A DNA stretch of 64,000 nucleotides from Azolla caroliniana (taxonomy: Eukaryota > Plantae > Polypodiophyta), in assembly GCA_043228905.1 (NCBI GenBank), contig JBHGNT010000018.1, positions 17,794,001-17,858,000 of the forward strand, written 5' to 3'. The translations under genes were made by a program, and so were the position numbers. Below the pieces are notes generated by a model. That model was not told the DNA's origin. It made no database searches and was given only the letters and a program-made list of their open reading frames with translations. This document shows positions 48,601-64,000 of this stretch, in pieces (the first letter of the stretch is position 1; each line of letters starts with the position of its first letter).

Positions 48601-49959
48601 TTTCCGGGCGTGTATGAGTCCGACATGTCGAGGTATTCGGCCGCACACCGGAGGGGCGCGACGGTCCTCGGGTCCATCTCGGACACTTGGCCATAGCAGA
48701 ACTTGGCCACTAGCTCGAAGGTCTCGGAGCCACCCGGGAAGCAGTCCGAGGCCGGTATCTCGATGATCACGCTCGGTGGTTCGGGCCCGCCATTTGTGGC
48801 GGCCGCGGCTGAATCCTCGATGGCCCGACGCATCCATCCCGAGTGTCTCATGAGTGGGAACTGTTCCACAATCAATCTCCCTCATCATTCATCAATTATC
48901 AATTATCAATTATGATCCATCATGCATTAATTATCAACCATCAACCATCAATTATCAAATATCAATTATCAATTATCAATTATCAATCATCATTTATCAA
49001 TCATCAATTATCAATCATAAATCATGAATCAGCAATCATCATTCATCAATTATAAATTATCAATTATCATTCATCAATTATCGATTATCATCCATCATTG
49101 ATTAATTATCAATTATCATTCATCATTCATCATTCATCAATGATCATTCTCATCAAATACCAATGATCATTCATCACTCATCAGTCACTCATCACTCATC
49201 AATTATCATTCATCAGATAATATTACAGCAACTATGCACTGGATTGGTGATCAATCAATGGTAGATATACCTTGTGGAGCGCATAAGAGACACCATCAAC
49301 AATCACCGAGACATCGCTAGTGGGAGGAATCTCTTCCTCTGAGGGATTCCTGCACCAGAAACCAATCGTTGTAATTTGTATCGATCAATCATCAGTTGAT
49401 TCAGGCAAACGATGCCTAAATTATGACTATTTTTTTTTTAAACCTAAACCTATTTTTTTAAAGAGAGCAGAAGATTAATCGAACCCAAAGACCAATGACT
49501 CGATCGATTGAAACCCAACTAATCAAAAGACACAGAACACAAGTAGATCGATTGAAAGCCCATAACGACGGACGGAAATCGTAACCCAGGAGCAGATCAA
49601 TGGAAGTCCGATGGCAAAAAACCCTAGCAGATCGATAGAAGCTCAATAACAACAAACACGATCAGATCAATGGAAGCTCAGTAACATCAAACAGTCGTAG
49701 ATCAATGGAAACCCGAAAACAAAAAAGTATTAGCCGATCGATGGAATCCCAACACTGAACAAAATTAGCAGATCGATGGAACACAATTAAACCAGTAGAT
49801 CTGATGCCATATATGCACGTACCTATGGGCGATTTTGCCATTAGCATTAGCGGCGCCATGGGATCTCATTAAATCATCAGTAGTATTATTCGCAGATTCA
49901 GTATTAGCATTATTGGAGGAGATATGATTGTTACTCTTATAATTAGTGACGGCGCCCAT
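45687..49959 (-). CDS. BTB/POZ-NPH3 domain protein (NRL family, RPT2/NCH1-like); exons 49959-49823, 49349-49271, 48860-47517, 46331-45687
   Basis: [16 protein letters not shown]|[45 protein letters not shown]|[23 protein letters not shown], and C-terminal RRHSMS. GT-AG introns keep the frame. Confidence 0.93.
48880..49215. repeat. Low-complexity (ATCAATT/ATCATTC)n intronic repeat
   Basis: 7-nt periodic repeats in NRL intron 2. Confidence 0.9.
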
Positions 49960-52900
49960 TTGCCGATGAATTAGGATGGAATGGAAATGGATTGGTGGGA
50001 TTCGGACTTATTAGGCTAAATTAATTTCTTATGAAAAATAGCTGGCAAATTAATTAAGTAGTTAACTAAGCTGCATAAACGCTATTTTTCCCATTAGGTG
50101 ATTGATTGAGATAATGAAGGAAGAAGCAAAAGCAAACTATAGCCTATGATATTTATTTATTTATTTATTTATTTATTTTGCACCTAATTAAAAATTTAAT
50201 CAATAAATTCTGTAAAATCATTTAATAAATGCAATATGTATAGATAGCTAAAGAAAGAAGAGCAGAGAATAAAAGAAAAGAAGGTGCATTTACTTTGAGT
50301 GGGCTAAGAAACATAAATAACAGAAAACACATTTTGTTTTATGATTAGTTTTATTTTTATTTTTATTTTTATTTTTATTTTTATTTTATATGAATAATAA
50401 AAAACATATTTTATATATTTATTTATTTATATAAAAATCATGAAGCTTTTTGACTCTTTTTGTTTTTAATGGTTTTCAATGTTACTACATACATACATAA
50501 TTTTAATTGGGTCAAAGAATATTGTGGATAGGGTTGAGACACACACACACATATATATATCCATCCATTTCTTAGATCAATTTTGGTGATGGCTTGATTG
50601 ATCATGGTCTCCTTTTTAGCCTCATTTGCTCATCTCTACTCTATCTTTGCTTTATTTAGCTATGCCTCACTCCCTCGTGACGCCCCGTGACTTCTGGTCC
50701 CTTTGCAGGACAAAACCAATGCCACTCGCTACCTGCTTCCCCTAGTTTGCCACATACCCACTCGCCATCCGTTAGACTCTCCCTGCCCCCGGCTCTTACT
50801 CCACCTTTTCTAAACATTGCTTAAATTGGTTTCCTCGTGTCCGAATCCGCACTTTTCGGGCCGTCCTATTGGTATGACTAATACTACTACATTTGCCTTG
50901 CTCGAACCCTTAGGAGATGTTCTGTTTTTTAACTTGCCCCTTAACGACGGAATTCGTGTTGTGTGTCTTTTCATAATAAAATCCCATGATGATGATCTTA
51001 TTTGTCAACACCTAGCTCAGTTTGTGGTGAGATTGGTTACTTGCTTTTTGTCCTTAATGATGCACAACCCACACCCTTGGTTTATTAACAATGCAAGCAA
51101 GAGCTAGTTGCCAACTTGCTAATTTACCCGTGGGGTCAACCAAAGGCTTACCCTTCCTTGCTCTCCCATCTATTCCCAAATTATCACCCAACATTGTTCA
51201 TGTTTCAAGTGTATTGAAATGAGTTATATTTCCATGCAATTCCTACCCGCAACGATTCGTTCTTATCATCTCCATAGGTTTGATCATTGGGCATAACAAC
51301 TTCTCTTTTTGGATAAGGATAGTATAGCTAAAACTCTGTGTCATTTAATAATGTGCGTACTTTACACACACTCGTTATCCTAAGACAACAACTTGTCCTT
51401 TTCCTTTTCTCAATTATTGATGTCTAACTAGTCTATACTAAGATGTTTTTTTATGGAATTCGTTTTGGTCGAACTCATTGCTCAAGGACCAAATCAACAC
51501 TTGAATCCCTCTTAAGCCAAAACATCTAGGATAAGATACACCATTCGTTAGATGTAGTGGTAAGTTTCTATAGGAGAATTGTTCATTTTCTGTGGGTTCT
51601 ATTTGTACATATTGTGTGCATTCATCATTGTCATATTTATACTTGATTAATCTATGGTCCTCATATTGATATTAATAATGCGAGAGGTGAGGCGCCAATG
51701 AAATCCTCTTGGAGGAATTTGTGAGAAGGATTTTTTTTAGCCTTCATTTGAATCATTTGTAACCTCAACTATAGTTTCAAAGCTTTCGTTGTTTGCAAAC
51801 CCGACAAAAAAAAAAAGCTCAATGTGGTCACATAAGAAGTGGGACATAGTGAGAGGGAGTGAAATGTAGCAAGATAAGCTCATAAAGTTATTGCCTTTGC
51901 TTTGCACCATGCATAGGCATGCGTCGAACTTGGTCAAGTTTTCATGATTAAGAACAATGAAAGAGCTTGGCGGTTATTCCAAAGGTTACAATGTCACACA
52001 TTGTTTTTGAGAAGCATGCCACCATGGATGAAAGTATAATCCCAAATTGGATTCTTTGGAGTGGCTCTCTTGCTAAATTGTCGTGTTGTATCATTTATCC
52101 CTTTTGCTATTTTAAAGAGCTATTTCTAAGTTTAACTCTAGTGTATGCAATGAACTCTTGAAACCTTTTCGAATAGCCTGAGCCAACATATGAAATTTTG
52201 TTGGTTTTGGCCATTGGCATATTCATGGTATTGAACTCTCACCTTTTTATATATCAATCATACAAACTTTAACTTGCTTGTGATATTGATGTGTAATATC
52301 TTCATTATTGTCGTTTCATTCATGTAGTAATGAGGAAGAGGAAGTCTCATTGTCCATGGATTGGAATTTGAAAAGCCTTGGGTTTTCAACTTATTTACAA
52401 AGGGATGATTCATGTTTTTAAAAATGACCATATTTCGTTTCAATACTTGAATGTTTTCTTCTCTTTGTTTAATTATTACGTAAGTCATAATTTTTAGAGA
52501 ACCCAAGTTCAACTCCCCCCCCCCCCCCCCAAATGGGCTTTTGGCCTTGTCCTACATGTCTAATTTGAGAACTTTAATTATATATCTATCAATCCATCAT
52601 ATTTAAATACCTACAATAACCATATTCATTTATAGATGACTAGATGGGAAATAACGCGGTCTCTTATTGTTTAACTTGCTTTAGTAAAAGATAAACATGT
52701 ACAAAAGGGGGCCCTTCATCACATCCAAATGGATGAGTGTGATAATCTCCATTGACTAATTTCCATGAGCATTTTGTCAAAAGAGATAATGTTTTGCCCA
52801 ATAACTACATGGCAGAATCTACATAACAAATCAAGGTTTGCCATCTAAGATAGGATTGCCTTTTGACAAATCGGATGTAGATATCATTTATAAGTACCAC

Positions 52901-54479
52901 TTTAAAAATGCACAATTATATTTTGCACTAAATACTTTGTTTGATACCATGAGGCACAAGTTGTTCATAATTGGCGAAACATGACCTTAGTCAATGGACA
53001 TCGTTCACAAGACAATGAATATGATTTATAGACACAATAAATTACAACTTTGAAGAAACATCCAGCTTGCTACTTGATTTAGTATATTCTGCAACCAACT
53101 CCACGTAGATAATTGCAAGCAAAATAAGTCTTTGGAGCTTGCCAAAGAAACCGAGGGGCATATAAAATAAAACCATGGTAGATTTATGTGTGCCGCTTTA
53201 CATTTGTAGACCCCGAAGTGTGAAAGGATGATAAAGGGAAAAACCATAAAATTCATTCAGAAATTGAGCTTATTGCAATTTATTTAGAAACTCATTGTCC
53301 TTTCTGCATACCAGACGCCCAACTTGGGAATGTCATAATAAGACACATACACGCCCAAAGAAAATGACAATATAATTGTGTTCACCTTTGTCCTCTAGTA
53401 ATGATTTTCGCAATGGTGTTTAAATCGAATGTGTTATCACTATATCATATGTTTGCATGTTGAGAAGAAGAAGGAAAATATGTTCTGGGAATAAGTCTTT
53501 GCATTAAACGTGCGTGTGGGCATATATGTATGACAACCCCCCACCGGCCAACCCACACACATGCACACACATAGAGAGGGAAGCTCTCCCGTAATAACTT
53601 TTCCAAAAGTTCAATTGTGGTGCGGTGAAGGAGACCTTGGAATAACAAAAGTTTTAGATATATTTGGGGTGGATGGGGTTGACAAGGGACCCATTGCATT
53701 AGACCTTGACCTGATAGCCCTATGGATAGTCATTATAAATTATATCGGGCGCATTTTACAAAAAGAGACATGAAAGTTTCTAAAATGTTGAAGCATTACA
53801 TGGACAATGAGAAAGATATCGTACAAAGAATAATCATAAAGTTCTATCTTGGTGTGGAGGATGGTTGCTTTCATCATGATATGTTACCTTTTGCACAATG
53901 AGAGATATATGTGGTTAATTGTAATTAGGTCTAAAGGTTTATAAGCCATGGCAATGAGTTCAATTGGACATGTCCATTGAATATGATAATTGAACAAACA
54001 TAAATAAGACATTGTGAATCAAAGGGGTCGATATTCAATAATCAATCAAGTTGTGATGTGTGTGTGTGTATATATATATGTGTGTGTGAAAGAGACATAC
54101 AATGTTATATCAATTTGTGAAATGATGGATGAAAGTATGGCAGGTATGGACAAAGATTTGAACATTCAAACACAACAAGATAAAAAAATGAGGACACAAT
54201 ACCATATTCTAGCCAAAACATATGAGTGCATAATAAGAATAATAATAAGAGCATGGTTTGCTTGTATTCAGAATTACCTATGTATGTTTCAACGAGGCTA
54301 CCAATCACATGAAAATTAAGATCCAAAGACTGGGAGATTAGGAGATCCAAAGACTAGGAGATTAGAAGATCCAAAGACTAGGAGATTATCCTCAAGATTG
54401 GGAGCTTTCCACTCCACTATATGAAAAGATCAAGTTAAGTTACAACAAATCCATGTCTTTCTCAAATCTTGGTTTCTAC

Positions 54480-55440
54480 TAGACATGTGGACACACAATC
54501 CCCATATCCCCTAGACACACATATGCCTATATCCAGTAGACACACAGACGCATGTACCCACTAGACACACAAATGGCCATCACTACAAGACACATAGATA
54601 CCCATCACAACTATGCACACAAATGGCTATCACTACCAAACACATAGATACCCATCACAATTAGACACACAAATCTCAGGCATGGCTACTACAGACATTG
54701 ACCCATCATGACCACATACATAAATGTCCACTGCTACGAAACACACAGATAACATAAATGCCCATCACAACCAGACACAGAGATGCACATCATTACGACG
54801 CACACACATCCCGCCCATTGCCACGAGACACATAGATGGCCATCCAGACCAAACACATGCATATCCATTGCTAAAAAACACACAGATCTCGCCCATCACT
54901 ACCAAGCACATAGATGGCCATCACAACTAGACACATATATGTTCATTGCTACTAGAAACAAATCTCGTTCATCGGTACCAGGCACATAGATGGCCATCAT
55001 GACCAAACACATACATGTCCATTGCTACCAGTCTACCAGACACAAAGATCTCGCCCATCGCTACCAGGCAACAGTGTAGGCACATAGGTGGCAATCACGA
55101 CCAAACACATACATGTCCATTGCTACTGGACACACGCATCTCACCCATTGCTACGAGGCAATGCAGGCACATAGATGGCCATCACAACCATACACATGCA
55201 TGTCCATCACTACTAGACACAGAAATCTAGCCCATCGCTACTAGGCACATAGATGGCCATCACAACCAGACACATACATATCCATAGCTACCAAACAGAG
55301 AAATCTCGCCCATCGCTATCAAGCACATAGATGGCCATCACAACCAAACACATACATATGTCCATCACTACCAAACGTATCTAACAAAGACACACGAATG
55401 CCTATTGCTACGAGACATTATCCAACCAACACACAAATGT
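54480..55440. repeat. Degenerate tandem array (cacatagatggccatcacaaccagacac... units)
   Basis: Hierarchical ~25/~75-bp repeats, preceded by a short gatccaaagactaggagattag repeat (x3) at 54320-54388. Confidence 0.75.
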
Positions 55441-55460
55441 CAATATCCATCTCTCCTCTA

Positions 55461-55865
55461 ACAATCGGCAACGGTTCGGTTCGAGAGGGTCAAAACCCAA
55501 CCGTTTAAATTTTTTGAAACCTGAACCAAACCGAACTGAACCACGAAAACGTTAAACCGAACCACTAAAAAAATTTCAAACCATTAAGTCATTAAACTGG
55601 TAAAACCGCGGTTTTGTGGTTCAGTTTCGATTTTCAACTTAGGTCAATTTTCAAATTTTAAACTTTAAAAATTTCATTATTTTAAATTTAAAAAAATCCC
55701 CAAATGCGAGAATAAGGCATGGAAATGAAAAGATGGTTTAAGAACAATTTTTTTAATTGTTTTTTTATTTTTATTTTAAAAAAGAGGAAACTGTTAAACC
55801 GTTTAAACCGTTAAAGCCGCGTTTTTGTGGTTTGATTCGGTTCAAACCGAACCGTTGCCGACTGT
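55461..55865. mobile_element. MITE, ~405 bp
   Basis: TIRs ACAATCGGCAACGGTTCGGTT and AACCGAACCGTTGCCGACTGT, flanked by TA on both sides; internal AACCG repeats. Confidence 0.75.
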
Positions 55866-56701
55866 TACAGTTTACTCCCCCCCCCCCCCCCCAATTCTCA
55901 TTCTTTTCTCACATGGAGAGAAAGAAAGTGTGAACAGACAGAGAAAACCCTAGACCAAACCCCCCTCTTTATCTCTATTTAATCTCTCTGCCTCTGTGAT
56001 TCTAATCTCTGCCTCTGTGATCCATGGCCTCCTTCTTCAGCTACAGATTCCTTCCTTCCATCGCCTCTTCCTCTTTGTTTCTCTCTGACAGGATTTGAAG
56101 GGCAGAGTGGAGCGGCAACAGCAGCTCTGAAACCCTACTCGCCTCCTCTCATTCAGGTCCTCTGAGTGAGAATGGCGCTGGGTGTTTCTCTTTTTGTATT
56201 CGATGTTGCCTTTCCTTAGTTACCCTTCACAAATCCATGGGTATTTCCCCTCTCGCTCCTCCAGACAAATCTGCAGGGTAAGAGTTTGGGCAAGGGGCCT
56301 CTGGGTTTCTGATTGGTTTCAGTCAGTTATTCATGCTCTCCATCTCTTCCCTTTTTATGCAGTTCTTGGGTCGAAGTTGCGTGTACATATGTCTTTCGTC
56401 TTCTTCTTCTGTTTGAATCCCATTATATTATAAATGAAAGAAAAGCTTTTTGTGCTCGAATCTGTATAAAGCCATAGACCCTAGATCTCTCTGAGTATGA
56501 AGAGTTTAGCATTATTTTCGAGTGACCATGAAAATATGCAGATTTTACATTTCTTATGAAGCTTCAACCTGAAACCCTAAATTGAAATCAGCAAATATAG
56601 ATCATTTCATATCAATCATAATGAGGATGTAGAAAATGAGGGGAATGTTCATTCTATAGTTCTCCAAAGCTCGATATATCTTTCGCTATAATGTATGCTA
56701 A

Positions 56702-57004
56702 GAATTTTTCTGTTATTATCCTCCTGGTTATGAAATGAAGGGTTGAATCACTCTAATCAAAACACATTGAGCGGTAATGAACAAATGCTGACCCGCAATG
56801 CAAATTAATCATACGTAAATTTCTGATAAGTAACTTCAATTGGAATAGCCTTATCATAGAATTCCGGTGTGGCTATTCACCAAGAATTTCTGTGATAATC
56901 CTTCTGGTCGTGAAATGAATGGAGGAATCATTCTATCAAAACGCAATGAGCGGTAATGATTCAATACCGACCCTCAACGCAAATTAATCATACTTTATTT
57001 CTGA
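56702..57004 (+). other. Two diverged ~120-nt tandem copies, each ending CTGA; possible box C/D snoRNAs
   Basis: 56702-56826 and 56884-57004 align throughout. Upstream telo-boxes AAACCCTA at ~55945, ~56130 and ~56572. Confidence 0.35.
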
Positions 57005-57922
57005 TGTGTAGGATAAGGGGATGTGTAGATAAAGGAATAGTACAAATGATTTTTTCTTGATTGGTAAGAAAGTTTTATCTTGAAAACTAAGAGATTGCTC
57101 GTAATAAGCAAAAAGCGAGTTTAAAATGTCCTCACAAAGAAATCGATAATCATAACAAGGTCTTATAGAAACCCCTGCCTGGTCTTATTATTTGTCCATT
57201 GGCACCAAACTCACGCATAATATAATAAGTCCATTGACACCAAAAAAATATAAAAAAGAAACTGCTACTTGCTTCTAAAATGTTGGCAACTGTAATCCTG
57301 AGAGGATTTTTCCTGTTTGCACATTAGGTGAAGCTCATAAAACAGTGTTGTGCATGAGCTCAAAGAGTAAGCAAGACATCGCAAGAATCTTGCACGCATT
57401 CCCTTCATCTCTATTGATGCGAGCAAACATTTAGAATAAGGTTTTTGGCTGATTAGACAAGTTATGCCACCATTAACTTTTTGTCTTTTAAATCCATGTC
57501 AATGGAGCAGAATCATTCCTTTGGTTATTCACAACTCGGTGATATAAACCTCACTTCAAACTTATTTTTTGCGACTTCGTAAACATTTCACCTCACATCA
57601 GATGGGATTATAACAATGAGCAAGAAATATAAGTCACACGTCATTTATTTTCTCAGGGAAAAATCCCTTGAATTAAATTTTAGAAATTGAATATTGAAAG
57701 TTGAAACAGAATGTCAAGAGTATATACGTTGATAAAATTATGGATTTGGACATGTAACTTTCCACTAATTTCTCAGACCTAACTTTTGAGGAATTAGATG
57801 ATTGCCGGGGACACAAAAGATATGATCAACCTCACCTATGTATAAATTATGGGGCAGATGTGTAGAAAGTCTAAGAGCAATTAGTGAAATCTGAATATTT
57901 ATACTGCTAAATGATTTATCAA

Positions 57923-63861
<5,939 letters not shown>

Positions 63862-64000
63862 TTAGAATCATGTGGGATAAGAACAATAGTGAATGGAAGT
63901 TCATTGATCATTCCTTCCAGGATACTTCTTACAATGGGATAATATTTATCTTAATCATTTCAATATCCATACTCTGAATGGAAAAATATGATTGCTCTTA

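Noticed and set aside
50800-54320. Short ORFs upstream of the NRL gene
   Set aside because: AT-rich intergenic sequence with no motifs or consistent exon structure.

Overview
Eukaryotic plant DNA, probably from a seed-free land plant such as a fern (inferred from the TE types and gene style). Positions 1-42.8 kb are a five-layer TE nest that can be read from LTRs, TIRs and target-site duplications (TSDs). E1 is a chromodomain Ty3/gypsy element. E2 has an Athila-type tRNA-Asp PBS and inserted into E1 (TSD AGCTC); the block was later inverted, with a breakpoint near 40027. E3 spans 2393-36422 (TSD AGTAT) inside E2 gag. E6 is a Sola2-like DDD DNA transposon (15275-35941, TSD TGCC) inserted in the PBS of E3 and carrying a coiled-coil/RING passenger gene. 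E7 is a young, near-complete Ty3/gypsy element (16756-26476, TSD TTTTG) inside that passenger gene. E3 also holds a non-autonomous LTR element (E4) and a lone LTR (E5). The most unusual signal is in E7 and E3. Where a polypurine tract should precede the 3' LTR, both carry a bipartite copy of a tRNA-Arg-like 3' end ending in CCA exactly 2 nt from the LTR. They therefore have an outward-priming PBS-like site at both ends, suggesting tRNA-primed plus-strand synthesis. The right part holds a BTB-NPH3 (NRL) gene, a MITE, a possible snoRNA-like duplication and the 3' part of an ECA3-type P2A ATPase gene. tRNA and family assignments come from recalled motifs, not database searches.
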